From NCBI GenBank assembly GCA_016214555.1, contig JACROF010000016.1:633-64632 (forward strand): a DNA stretch of 64,000 bases. Reading direction: 5' to 3'. Origin of the DNA: Candidatus Levyibacteriota bacterium. Lineage in GTDB: Bacteria; Patescibacteriota; Microgenomatia; Levybacterales; UBA12049. The translations under genes were made by a program, and so were the position numbers. How positions within the stretch are numbered: the stretch's first letter is position 1; the number at the start of each line of letters is the position of its first letter. Of this stretch, positions 1-9,371 are shown in pieces. The notes beneath the pieces are model-generated. The model was not told where the DNA came from and did not search any database. It was given only the letters and a program-made list of their open reading frames with translations.

Positions 1-2
1 AT

Positions 3-1076
3 GTGGTAAAATTTCTTTTTTTGTGTCTTGGGAATTCGCTTCGAGAGCGATCAATGACGAAAGAGTATGAAAAAGTAGATAACGCTTTTAAAAACGCTCT
101 TTCCTACAACGATGAGCTTGTGATTGCTCAGGAGCTGAAAAACGCAATTGATTTTTTGGCGATTGGAAAAAAGCTCACGATTATTTTTCTCTTTGATAGG
201 TTTGATGATTACACACCTCACGTGAGTGAGGACTTCTTTACGCTTCTGAGGTCTTTGCGTGACAGAGCAAAATATCGATTTTCAGCTGTGTTTTCACTGA
301 GCCATCCTCTGGATGACATGGCTGATTCAGAAGTGGTGGCTGACTTTAGCGATTTTATTCGGGGACATGAGATTTATCTCTCACTGTATGATAAAGCGAG
401 TATTGATTTTCGCATCTCCTATCTTGAAAAAATTACTGCAAAGACTCTCCCTGAAGGAATTAAAAAAGAGACAAAATTACTTACTGGTGGGCATATGAGA
501 CTTATGAAAGTATGCAGCGAAGCTTTGCTTGCTCAGGGGGAGGTAAAAGACTTTCCCCCATTTCTTCTTGGGCAAAAAGCTGTTTTGTCAGCTCTTGTAA
601 GTATCTGGAAAACATTTACTCCTTCAGAGCAGGCGTGCCTATCAGATCTTGCGATCAAACAATCCTGCGATGAAGAAATCGATTATCTCTTAAGGGTGGG
701 GATAAGAGAGGGTGACAAGATCGCGATTCCTCTTGTCAAAGAGGCAATCGCACAAGGACTTTTGGCAAAAAGCGATGAAAAATTTGTTTTTGATGTCACA
801 ACAAATACGATTAAAAAGGGTGAAATGGTTGTCTCAGACATATTGAGCAAAGGAGAGTACAGGCTTTTTTCCTACCTTCTCTCAAGACAAAATGAAATCA
901 TTGAGAGAGAGGCAATTGTTGATCATGTGTGGGGAGAGGAAAAGTCAACAGCAGGTGTAACAGAACAGGCCATAGACCAGCTCCTTTTTCGCCTGAGACG
1001 AAAAATTGAAGATGATCCCGACAATCCTCAACATCTTCATATTATAAAAGGTCGCGGAGTTAGATTTAGTCAGTAG
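3..1076 (+). CDS. Winged-helix (OmpR/Trans_reg_C type) transcriptional regulator with NTPase-like N-terminal region; probably 5'-truncated by window edge
   Basis: C-terminal LSKGEYRLFSYL..REAIVDHVWG..AIDQLLFRLRRKIEDDPDNPQHLHIIKGRGVRF is a typical wHTH effector domain; Walker-B-like IIFLFDRFD. Confidence 0.8.
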   Translation: MVKFLFLCLGNSLRERSMTKEYEKVDNAFKNALSYNDELVIAQELKNAIDFLAIGKKLTIIFLFDRFDDYTPHVSEDFFTLLRSLRDRAKYRFSAVFSLSHPLDDMADSEVVADFSDFIRGHEIYLSLYDKASIDFRISYLEKITAKTLPEGIKKETKLLTGGHMRLMKVCSEALLAQGEVKDFPPFLLGQKAVLSALVSIWKTFTPSEQACLSDLAIKQSCDEEIDYLLRVGIREGDKIAIPLVKEAIAQGLLAKSDEKFVFDVTTNTIKKGEMVVSDILSKGEYRLFSYLLSRQNEIIEREAIVDHVWGEEKSTAGVTEQAIDQLLFRLRRKIEDDPDNPQHLHIIKGRGVRFSQ

Positions 1077-1145
1077 CCTCAAAGTAAAAGGATTTTAAAA
1101 GGATGATATCAAGTCTCTTTTGTGCATCTTTTCTATACTTCCCTC

Positions 1146-4100
1146 ATGACAGAACGAGGGCCAATTTTTGATCCCAGATCTACGCGTGAGCGAGGTTTGA
1201 CTTCATCCTCCCAAAGACCGTATGCTAATGATGGAGTATTGTCTATGGATAACATCAATCAAGAACAACGAGTTTGGGACCCCATTGATACGCCTGTAGC
1301 CGGTGGTGGCAATACTGGCGAAAGACGTCCGCCACAAAATCAGGATATTGTCGCCAGAACGCCTCAAGAAGTTGCTGCAAAAGCTGCATGGAGAGGCGCA
1401 TATGGTGGCATTTGGCCAACTGATCCAGAGGAGAGAAGGCATGTTGAGGAATTTATCAGAAATGGTCTGACTCCTGATGCACTGAGGGGGGCTATGTCAC
1501 AAGGCGGGGTTGGGCAACGACATCCTGAGCAAGGACCACAATCTCCAGGGATGATTGATCTTCCTGATTTTGTAACCGATGATGAAGGCAATGTTTATGC
1601 TCCTCTTGCAGGTAGTGAGCTTGCGCAGAGAGAGGCAATGCGAGAGGCAATGTCTGCTCCTGGAATAGCAATTGGATCTGATTCATCAGAAGGACTGCTG
1701 AGAAAGAATCAGCTAAGTGCTCAGGAGTTTGAGCAATTTCAGCGAGATTTGGAAAAAGGAAAATGGGTACCGGAAAAATTTCTTAGAGATAAAGACGTGT
1801 CTGGAGATCTCAAAATTAACTCAGTTGAGACACTTGCGTATCTTATTATGGACAAAGAGCAAGATGATGACTTTAAACCAGGAGGGGCTTTTGAGCTACT
1901 TAACAAAAAAGGAGAGTTTCAATCTCACAACTTCCTCCACTGGGTCAGAAATTGGATGATGTATTGGCACGGGGAAGCTCCTGATGCGAAGCATGATTTT
2001 GTCAATGAGATTAATGTCACAAAAGATTTTGGAGCACTTGCTCTTAAGCAAATGATTCAGTCACCAGGACGATTTTTTAGGAGCTGGAGGGCGGCAGGCC
2101 AGGGTACCAATGAGGATTTTCAGGTGTATAAAGAGCTCGTTGAGCAGATTAAAAGAGAGACATGGCTTTTTGGGGCAAGTAGAGAATTTGATATTGGGTA
2201 CAAGGAAAATATGGGAGCTGAGGAGCAACTCGCAAAAGTACTTCAGCAAATATTTTACCTTAATCCATTTACTAAGACTGTATGGGATCAAAAAAGTTCT
2301 CTGTATTGGATCATGAATATGCCGCAACGGTTTAAAAATGTTCCTGAAGGAGGCAGGCAAGGTGACTCAAATGCTGGGAGGGCTCTCAATACGGCCTATT
2401 TGGTCTATTACAATATCGCTGATGAGAAGATGCTCACAAGTCTCTTGGGTGAAAATACATCGTTACTAAATAGGGAAGCATTAAAGCATGCGGTCAAAAA
2501 GCAGATGGTGGAAGAGAAAATGACTCTTGTTAATGGGACTGTGCTTGATAAAGATTGCCTTGACAGGACAAAGTTTACTCAATCTCAAGTTGATGCCTAT
2601 ATTAATCAAGTGTCTGATGACGATATTGTTAAATATTTGTCGCCGGAGAACTTGCTAGAGCTTAATGGGAAAAAGGATATTACTGATTTTATTAATATCT
2701 TTAATCAACCTCAAAAATCATCACGAATTCAAAAGGTTGTTCGAACCATTATCCAGGATGAGCTCATTAAAAAATATGATCTCTATGTAAAAGATGTGGA
2801 TGGAAATTATGTCTATGAAACAGAGATTATTAAAGATGTGGATGGAAAGCCTACAAAGGATGAGTATGGTAATTACAGACGAAGGGAAGTCAAGCACAAG
2901 GCTGCAGATGGATCAGAGGGAGAGAGAGTTCGTAAAAAAGATACTACGACTGTTAGCTATGCAAATACTTTTGCGCTCTCTATGGCCAGGTGGACAGGAG
3001 CTGCTGCGCGAAATGATACATTTGCTGTTGGATTTGATGCGTGGTCTAAGCTTCAAAATACTGAGGAGTATCGAGCAAAGCAGGCAAGTCCAACCAGGAT
3101 TGGTGCCTTTGGCAATCCTAAAACGCTTCATATGTTTAAGCAGCTTGCAACAGACATGATGAATGGGACGATGGTCATGGATGGCAAAATGTCAATTGAA
3201 GTTTTGGAGGATATGCTGTCTGCCAGTGAAGGATCTCAAGAAGATTATTACAAGGCTTCTTCTCAGCTTGTATTTGCTGACAATACGATGCGGTCATTTA
3301 CTGTCGATCATATGAATAGAGTTTTTGCCATTTATGGACAGATTATGAATACCGAGGAAATAAAACTTGAAAAATTTGTCAAGCACGATCTTCTATACGG
3401 TCTTCAACTCGAAAGAGGTGCATTTGAAAAAGCACTTAAAGAAAACTTCTTCAAACCCATGCGTTATGCATGGTCTACCTATGCGGGGCTAGATCTCTCA
3501 AAAATGGTGCGTACTCATAACCCCTCTTATAAAGAATATCGAAAGCGATATAAAGAGGGCGATCCAAGACGGGATACTGATCCTAGGTGTCAGCCATATA
3601 TGGAAGTGCATCTTGCTGAGGCGATGTTTGGAAGAGAGCTTTTAGACATTGAAGCGTTTTGGCATAAGGAGAAAGATGCAGAGGGAAATGAGATAAAAGA
3701 CAAGGATGGGCATGCAATTGTGAGAAAAGACATTAAAGATATTAAAATAGATGCCAAAAATTGGGTTGATAAAATTGATTGGTCAAAGCTTGCAAGCAAG
3801 GAACATAAACATATGCTTTGGAGGAGAGCTGCATGGGGAAGAATTGCTGCTGAGATACACGCTCATCGCGATAGGCATAGTAGCGATCCAAAATACAATG
3901 ACTGGATCTATAACGAAGTTATCGAGGCACTAGAGACAATAGGTGATGGTGTCGGAGGAGATGAGTTCAATATGCAGAAATCAAGAGAGCAAGGAAAGAA
4001 TCTTAGTGAAGAGGAAATTCAGTGGATGCGTAAAAAAGCCGGAATAACTGAGGGGCAGATCATGAGAAGAGCGTTTTTTATGGACTTATTGCTTTCGCTC

Positions 4101-4154
4101 AAAGATACATTTAAAGATGTTGGAAAGGCTAGTATAAAAGGCGTAAAGCCATAA
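1146..4154 (+). CDS. Large hypothetical protein (~1000 aa)
   Basis: Long ORF; ATG at 1146 lies 6 nt after TATACT (1134-1139); no recognisable domain. Confidence 0.8.
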   Translation: MTERGPIFDPRSTRERGLTSSSQRPYANDGVLSMDNINQEQRVWDPIDTPVAGGGNTGERRPPQNQDIVARTPQEVAAKAAWRGAYGGIWPTDPEERRHVEEFIRNGLTPDALRGAMSQGGVGQRHPEQGPQSPGMIDLPDFVTDDEGNVYAPLAGSELAQREAMREAMSAPGIAIGSDSSEGLLRKNQLSAQEFEQFQRDLEKGKWVPEKFLRDKDVSGDLKINSVETLAYLIMDKEQDDDFKPGGAFELLNKKGEFQSHNFLHWVRNWMMYWHGEAPDAKHDFVNEINVTKDFGALALKQMIQSPGRFFRSWRAAGQGTNEDFQVYKELVEQIKRETWLFGASREFDIGYKENMGAEEQLAKVLQQIFYLNPFTKTVWDQKSSLYWIMNMPQRFKNVPEGGRQGDSNAGRALNTAYLVYYNIADEKMLTSLLGENTSLLNREALKHAVKKQMVEEKMTLVNGTVLDKDCLDRTKFTQSQVDAYINQVSDDDIVKYLSPENLLELNGKKDITDFINIFNQPQKSSRIQKVVRTIIQDELIKKYDLYVKDVDGNYVYETEIIKDVDGKPTKDEYGNYRRREVKHKAADGSEGERVRKKDTTTVSYANTFALSMARWTGAAARNDTFAVGFDAWSKLQNTEEYRAKQASPTRIGAFGNPKTLHMFKQLATDMMNGTMVMDGKMSIEVLEDMLSASEGSQEDYYKASSQLVFADNTMRSFTVDHMNRVFAIYGQIMNTEEIKLEKFVKHDLLYGLQLERGAFEKALKENFFKPMRYAWSTYAGLDLSKMVRTHNPSYKEYRKRYKEGDPRRDTDPRCQPYMEVHLAEAMFGRELLDIEAFWHKEKDAEGNEIKDKDGHAIVRKDIKDIKIDAKNWVDKIDWSKLASKEHKHMLWRRAAWGRIAAEIHAHRDRHSSDPKYNDWIYNEVIEALETIGDGVGGDEFNMQKSREQGKNLSEEEIQWMRKKAGITEGQIMRRAFFMDLLLSLKDTFKDVGKASIKGVKP

Positions 4155-4170
4155 TTATTCTTACCTCTTT

Positions 4171-5832
4171 TTATGACTTTCGTTTTCCTGTGTAGTGCTC
4201 GAAGCCTCTCTCATACCTTCCATAATTACTATCTCCTAAGAATCTATTGATAAAACCCCTTTTTCGTATTCTTGTAGCCCATGTGCCCGCACGACCTTTA
4301 TGGGGATCAAATTCAAATGATCTCTTTATGTATGCTCGTGGACCGGCAAGTGCTGGAGCAAATCCTCTGCCAAATCCTCCCTGTATAGCGCCGCTGACCA
4401 ATTTGTTAGGTTCTGAGTGGAATGTCTGGCGAGTGATAGTGAGGACTTCAGGAGTAATAAGAAGAATGGCAACAACAAGGACTCCTTGAATATGATTGGT
4501 GATTGCTGGGTTTCCAATAAGTGGAGGGAGATAGTAGGTGCCAGCAGGAGCAGTAGCGTTATTAAGATCATAGGTTGGGATAGTAGAGACAACGCGTGCT
4601 GCGACAAAGAAAAATGCTGTCACAGGGAAAACAGATAAATGGGCGAGCATATATCTAAGCCATGCAGTAAAACCATATTTGCTTCCGGGGATAAGCCCTG
4701 CTCCAATATAAAGTGGGGCAAGCATAGTCCCAATGAGAGTGTAGGCATAAGCTCGAAGGAGCGCAAACCATAACCTCACCATAGCATAAAGGAGAGCAAA
4801 AAGGATAACAACTGTAAAAAGTATATCTGCAATAACCTTGACAATTCCATGGAGAATTGATTGAGCACATGATCCAAGTGTGTTCCAAAAATCTGCAGAG
4901 CAATTTCCGTCTTTGAGATCTAAAGTTTCGGTGATGGTATCAGCAATAATATTTCCAATAGTCCCACCCGCGTCAATTGAGGTGCCTGTAATACCATCGA
5001 AGCTTCCCTGGCATCCTGTTGAGTTCCCAAATAACTCATTGAGGTAGACAATGGGGTTGTTGAGAAGTTGGCGATTGGCTGCTGCTTTGATAGCTTCGCT
5101 TTGATGAGTTTCAAGAGACGTAAGGTTGTTAGGATCTTGAGGATCGGTGCAACTTACTTTATCCGGGACTAAAATACTGATGCCGGTATAGGTGCTAAAC
5201 CACATCGCGTCCACCAAAAGACCTGCTATAGAAAAAGAAAACGTAATAAAAATAAGCGTGAGGACAATTTTGGGAAGTTGATTTTGGATAGACATTACAG
5301 TCTGGGGATTTATCTTAACTCTTAGCATAATGCCCATGCCTATAAAGACAAAAAGAAGGACCATCGCAACAAAGGTGATATTGCGAAGCTTAAGCCACAT
5401 CTCTTGAAGTGGGCTTAATTTATCAAAGCCTGTATTTTGAGCGTAAGTTTGTTTGGCTATGCCAAAATTGTTGGCAAAATATTTCATCGACTCAGACGTT
5501 GAGACTGGTTTTTGATACATAAAACCAATCATATTAGTCATTGTCCCGACAACACCGCCTATTTTTTGCTGAGAAGGAGCGGTCTCTAAATTTCCTGAGG
5601 CAGGGTTAATGCCTACGCATTCTGCTTGAGGATTGACGATATCGATTCCAGACAAAAAACATCCAATGGCAGAGCTCATATTGATGAGAATTTTTTGCAT
5701 GTCAACGCTGGTTGAGGTGGAGGTGGGCACAAGTGAGGTCTGTGCGTAGATTGGTGATGCGGTTCTACCTTGTACAGCAAAAAACACAAGAAGAAGCATG
5801 ATGCATGAAATGATTTTTATGGGCAGTCGCAT
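4171..5832 (-). CDS. Polytopic membrane protein, TrbL/VirB6-like (CPR type)
   Basis: Signal peptide, several TM helices, motifs WLKLRNI..LPKIVLTLIFITFSFSIAGLLVD and LAPLYI..IPG. Confidence 0.6.
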   Translation of the reverse strand: MRLPIKIISCIMLLLVFFAVQGRTASPIYAQTSLVPTSTSTSVDMQKILINMSSAIGCFLSGIDIVNPQAECVGINPASGNLETAPSQQKIGGVVGTMTNMIGFMYQKPVSTSESMKYFANNFGIAKQTYAQNTGFDKLSPLQEMWLKLRNITFVAMVLLFVFIGMGIMLRVKINPQTVMSIQNQLPKIVLTLIFITFSFSIAGLLVDAMWFSTYTGISILVPDKVSCTDPQDPNNLTSLETHQSEAIKAAANRQLLNNPIVYLNELFGNSTGCQGSFDGITGTSIDAGGTIGNIIADTITETLDLKDGNCSADFWNTLGSCAQSILHGIVKVIADILFTVVILFALLYAMVRLWFALLRAYAYTLIGTMLAPLYIGAGLIPGSKYGFTAWLRYMLAHLSVFPVTAFFFVAARVVSTIPTYDLNNATAPAGTYYLPPLIGNPAITNHIQGVLVVAILLITPEVLTITRQTFHSEPNKLVSGAIQGGFGRGFAPALAGPRAYIKRSFEFDPHKGRAGTWATRIRKRGFINRFLGDSNYGRYERGFEHYTGKRKS

Positions 5833-5892
5833 ACGAAGAACTATCTTAAGTGTGGGTTATTGTGATGGTTTTTGTCAAGTTTAGGACAAAAG

Positions 5893-5919
5893 AAAAACGC
5901 CGCGGGGATACCGCGGCGT
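5893..5919 (-). terminator. Rho-independent terminator
   Basis: ACGCCGCGG-ggata-CCGCGGCGT hairpin with A-run on + strand (U-tail on -), downstream of 5990-6358. Confidence 0.7.
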
Positions 5920-5989
5920 AATGTTGTAGTGAAAAGACAGACCCGCCATTTGCGGACTTGCCTTCTTTCAATGTCTCAGCATAGGCCAT

Positions 5990-6358
5990 TTATCGGGCTT
6001 CTCTGATGAGAGCCAGTTGGTATGTAGCCCGTAGCATAAGTACAAGCAAAGTGAACCCAAGTCCTCCCTTGAGCATATACGATGAGAGTGTGGGGTCGAA
6101 TTTCTCAACATAGATTGATCCAATGGCGACAAATATGCCAAAGCCCCATAGATTTTTGATCGAAATCCAGAGCAATGGAAGAAAACCCTTCCATACTAGC
6201 TTGAGACTAAGAATAAAGAGCCATATGGCAAAGGTAAAACAGAACGTTAGCACCCATTCAATAATGCCATCAGCTGAAGGGGCTTCGTATCTTGTTACTG
6301 AAAACGAGTCAATAAAGCCTCCTTCATTATCACGAATTTCGTAATGCTTGGTAGGCAT
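5990..6358 (-). CDS. Small membrane protein, paralog of 6434-6799
   Basis: About 3 hydrophobic segments; N-terminus HYEIRDNEGGFIDSFSVT identical to neighbour; SD-like AAAGGA. Confidence 0.75.
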   Translation of the reverse strand: MPTKHYEIRDNEGGFIDSFSVTRYEAPSADGIIEWVLTFCFTFAIWLFILSLKLVWKGFLPLLWISIKNLWGFGIFVAIGSIYVEKFDPTLSSYMLKGGLGFTLLVLMLRATYQLALIREAR

Positions 6359-6769
6359 TGACGGTTTTCCTTTCTCTCGTGCTCCTACCTGTGTAGGATG
6401 CTTGTTGTGCCGATTTCGGCTGTCTTTTGGTGATTAACCCCTGAGATGTTCAAGTGTTGCACTACACATTGCATAGAAGATTCGTAGGATCGCAATGAAG
6501 CAAAAAAACGCAAACCCTCCCCAGAGCATAAGAGATGCCATGTGGGGGTCTGTGTTCTTGAAATAGATGGAGCCAATAGAAATAAATATGCCAAATCCCC
6601 ATAGGTGTTTAAGAGATATCCACGCCAGGGAAAAAAAGAATTTTACAGTGAGCTTGAGAAGCCACCAGGTAAAGGTAAAAATGAAAATTGAGATCCACCC
6701 AATGGCGTTATCAACTGATGGAAATTCATAACTCGTTACTGAAAACGAGTCAATAAAGCCTCCTTCATT
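6294..6769. repeat. 35-bp perfect direct repeat (6294-6328 and 6735-6769) from tandem gene duplication
   Basis: gttactgaaaacgagtcaataaagcctccttcatt occurs twice. Confidence 0.9.
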
Positions 6770-6799
6770 GTCACGGATTTCGTAATGACGTGTACCCAT
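6434..6799 (-). CDS. Small membrane protein, paralog of 5990-6358
   Basis: Start at ATG 6799 (MGTRHYEIRD) by alignment to paralog; GGAG upstream. Confidence 0.75.
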   Translation of the reverse strand: MGTRHYEIRDNEGGFIDSFSVTSYEFPSVDNAIGWISIFIFTFTWWLLKLTVKFFFSLAWISLKHLWGFGIFISIGSIYFKNTDPHMASLMLWGGFAFFCFIAILRIFYAMCSATLEHLRG

Positions 6800-7010
6800 C
6801 TTTTTCTCCATTTCTTTTTGCAACCCTTTGCACCACACTGGCGCAAGTTGGCAGCAGCCTTGCCCTTTTTATCAAGAGAAAAGCTGCTGCCAGGGTTAAT
6901 CAACTGCTTGTTAAAGTACAAATGTAAGAAAATAATATCATGCTAGCCTCAGTCTAACATAAAATTCTTCTTTGTAAAGCGTATAGCTAGCTGAAGAGAT
7001 CTATAGGTAG

Positions 7011-7253
7011 TTATTCTATTAGTTTATGTTTTTTAACAAAAGCGCGTCCTGAACCTGACTTTAGATATTTTTCGAAATTAAAAGCAGTATATTTATTCGA
7101 AGTCGTGAAATATGAGATTAACCGAACAGGCAGTCTGGATTTCGTAGCTGGGACATATCCTCTTTGGTGACGTTCTATGCGATCCTCTAAATTGTCTGTG
7201 CAACCTGTATATTGTGATCCATCTGCACACTTTAATAAATACACGTACCACAT
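7011..7253 (-). CDS. Standalone GIY-YIG nuclease family protein
   Basis: WYVYLL..YTGCT..RIERHQRG..TKSRLPV..FEKYLKSGSGRAF. Confidence 0.9.
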   Translation of the reverse strand: MWYVYLLKCADGSQYTGCTDNLEDRIERHQRGYVPATKSRLPVRLISYFTTSNKYTAFNFEKYLKSGSGRAFVKKHKLIE

Positions 7254-7261
7254 ATTAAGCT

Positions 7262-7324
7262 CTCCTTCGCGATCTACTAAGCGGACTTTGTCCGCCGTAG
7301 CTCGCTTCGGCGAGCGAAGGCGGA
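7262..7324. repeat. REP-like nested palindrome between tRNA-Ser 3' end and GIY-YIG gene
   Basis: GCGGAC-ttt-GTCCGC hairpin, then CCGCCGTAG-CTCGC-ttcg-GCGAG-CGAAGGCGG. Confidence 0.7.
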
Positions 7325-7406
7325 GGTGGTGGGATTCGAACCCACGTGAGCGTGAAGCTCACAGCATTTCCAGTGCTGCGCCATGGACCAGCTAGGCGAC
7401 ACCTCC
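7321..7406 (-). tRNA. tRNA-Ser(GGA)
   Basis: GGAGGTG acceptor stem, anticodon arm CAGCA-CTGGAAA-TGCTG, long variable arm, GTTCGAATC. Confidence 0.95.
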
Positions 7407-7487
7407 TCGTCGAAATAACTCCTTATCGCTCCACTTTGCTTTTTAAAAAAAGTTTCGCTTCATGGAGTTTTTCTCCTCTTCAAAATG

Positions 7488-7919
7488 CTACGCATTTTGA
7501 GTGAATATATATTCTTTTGCTTCTTCCCAAACTGCCTTATCTGTTTTAAAAGTAAGGCGATTTTCAACGTCATTGCTATCGATCCACTCTACATTTTCCA
7601 TCTCAAAGTCATGTTGGGTAGTATCTCCTGAGACAAATCTCATGACGAAAAAATAAACTGTCTTTTTATTTTTTTCTCCCTCCCAAGCGTACCAATATGT
7701 TTGTGGGGAAAGAGTGTGGATAATCTCGCCAATGATGCCTGTTTCTTCTTTGACTTCTCGAAGAGCAGTTTCTTCTTTTGATTCTGACTTGTTTGTGTCT
7801 CCAATCAATCCTTTTGGAAAGCCCCATCCATGATGTCCAGAATGCTGCGCGACAAGAACAAGCGTTTGATTGCCTTTTTTTTGAAAAACTACTCCTCCAG
7901 CTGAAAATTCAAATTTCAT
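7488..7919 (-). CDS. NUDIX hydrolase
   Basis: Nudix box PKG..ESKEETALREVKEETG; SAGGVV. Confidence 0.92.
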   Translation of the reverse strand: MKFEFSAGGVVFQKKGNQTLVLVAQHSGHHGWGFPKGLIGDTNKSESKEETALREVKEETGIIGEIIHTLSPQTYWYAWEGEKNKKTVYFFVMRFVSGDTTQHDFEMENVEWIDSNDVENRLTFKTDKAVWEEAKEYIFTQNA

Positions 7920-7936
7920 ATACTTATAATCTCATC

Positions 7937-8049
7937 AAGCGGACATCGTCCGCCGAAGGTCGCCCAAAATTGATGCTCATATCTTTATTATGGCACGAAC
8001 TTATATCTATCATGTCGCCTTCGCTAAAGCTATGGCGACCGAAGGCGGA
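7937..8049. repeat. REP-like palindromes downstream of tRNA-Ser(CGA) 3' end
   Basis: AAGCGGAC-atc-GTCCGCCGAAG (7937-7958) matches 7279-7300; GTCGCCTTCGCTAAAGCTATGGCGAC-CGAAGG abuts the tRNA. Confidence 0.7.
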
Positions 8050-8134
8050 GAGGGGGAGATTCGAACTCCCGGTTCGCCATATGGCGAACAGCGGTTTTCG
8101 AAACCGCAGCACTAGACCACTATGCGACCTCTCC
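8046..8134 (-). tRNA. tRNA-Ser(CGA)
   Basis: Anticodon arm GCGGT-TTCGAAA-ACCGC, long variable arm, GTTCGAATC. Confidence 0.95.
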
Positions 8135-8224
8135 TTATAATTCCTTACCGTTTATTACTGTCCAATCTGTGAGACCATCTCCCTTACGGGAGTCTTCGCT
8201 CACGCTTGATATGCGACCTCTCCT

Positions 8225-8301
8225 TGGTACTCTCGAGAAGATTCGAACTTCCGACCTCAACGTCCGCAACGTTGCGCTCTATCCAACTGAGCTACGAGAG
8301 T
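8225..8301 (-). tRNA. tRNA-Arg(GCG), CCA encoded
   Basis: ACTCTCG/CGAGAGT acceptor, anticodon arm CAACG-TTGCGGA-CGTTG. Confidence 0.93.
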
Positions 8302-8427
8302 AAAACGGTAAACGATTTTATCCTATAAAAGTAACAAAAAGCAATAAAAATGAACAAATAAATACTATATAGTTTGTAGGATAAATACTATGCGTATTGT
8401 ATCGAATTCTCAAAAACGAATCAAATA

Positions 8428-9018
8428 CTAGGCAGGATTATTTCTTTTTCTGTCGAGTGGGAAATTTTTTTCAAGCCAGCTTGAGGCATTTTCCATAAAA
8501 GTTGGTTTCATGTATTCTCGATAGGGCAAGAAGGGAAGCAGTACGTCTCTTATGTGATCCTTGTGCATTTCCCCCAAAACAATCGTTAGTTCTCCTGGAT
8601 ACCATTGCTTGGTGCCTATGATAAGAACGTCAGCGCCATGTTGCTTTTTAAAGTAAAAATCATAAAGTTCCTGCCAGAGGTAAAAATGATCCTGAACCAT
8701 AACACCCTCTGTTGTTACTTTGTAATGAAAATCATGGGGGGGGATACTGTTGAGGGCATAGGCCAGAAATGCGAGCGTGAGAACAAGAACCATCAAAAGA
8801 TATTGAGAAAAAAGGAAAAGAATAATTTCTACCAGAAGCATGATAATAAGAATATTGAGAAAAAATTCTTTCGTTCTTTTTTGAAATGGTCTTCCGGGAG
8901 CAGCCCAAGAGACAAGGGTCTGGATTTGATAGCCATTAAAGGACTGGTCTTGTTGTCCTATGTGCTCGGGAAGGAGTTTTTCATCAGGGGCAGAAAGTAG
9001 TTTTTCAGGCAGATCCAT
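8428..9018 (-). CDS. Conserved hypothetical membrane protein (2 TM plus soluble domain)
   Basis: W.APGRPF..TM pair..YKVTTEGV..YLWQELYDFYF pattern. Confidence 0.75.
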   Translation of the reverse strand: MDLPEKLLSAPDEKLLPEHIGQQDQSFNGYQIQTLVSWAAPGRPFQKRTKEFFLNILIIMLLVEIILFLFSQYLLMVLVLTLAFLAYALNSIPPHDFHYKVTTEGVMVQDHFYLWQELYDFYFKKQHGADVLIIGTKQWYPGELTIVLGEMHKDHIRDVLLPFLPYREYMKPTFMENASSWLEKNFPLDRKRNNPA

Positions 9019-9132
9019 ATATGTATAGTATTAGAATTCTCTCTCGTGCGTCAAGTAAAGGGCAGACTGCTTGTTCTTACGTCTTTAGATCTGATATACT
9101 TTGTATCTGTTTTGGGATATAGTTAGCTTATT

Positions 9133-9219
9133 GGAGAGGTCGCATAGTGGTCTAGTGCGGATGTCTTGAAAACATCTGAGGGTTCACGCCTTCCGCGAGT
9201 TCGAATCTCGCTCTCTCCG
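9133..9219 (+). tRNA. tRNA-Ser(TGA)
   Basis: Anticodon arm GATGT-CTTGAAA-ACATC, long variable arm. Confidence 0.95.
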
Positions 9220-9371
9220 CATATAGCGAGATGAGAAGCAAGGTCCCCCGGAGGGGGAAATCTCGCTCTCTTTGCCAAATACCTTTACAAATCTTCTATT
9301 GGGTTGTCTTTCCTATAGTATTCTGCTATGATCCTACGCATTATTCGCTCTTTATCAAGGAGAAGAAATTC

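Noticed and set aside
6294-6769. Diversity-generating retroelement TR/VR pair
   Set aside because: No reverse transcriptase in the window; the repeat is N-terminal in two paralogous genes and identical rather than adenine-diversified
7177-8140. Short ORFs overlapping tRNA-Ser genes (also 44309-44545 and 55523-55708)
   Set aside because: Translations of tRNA sequence
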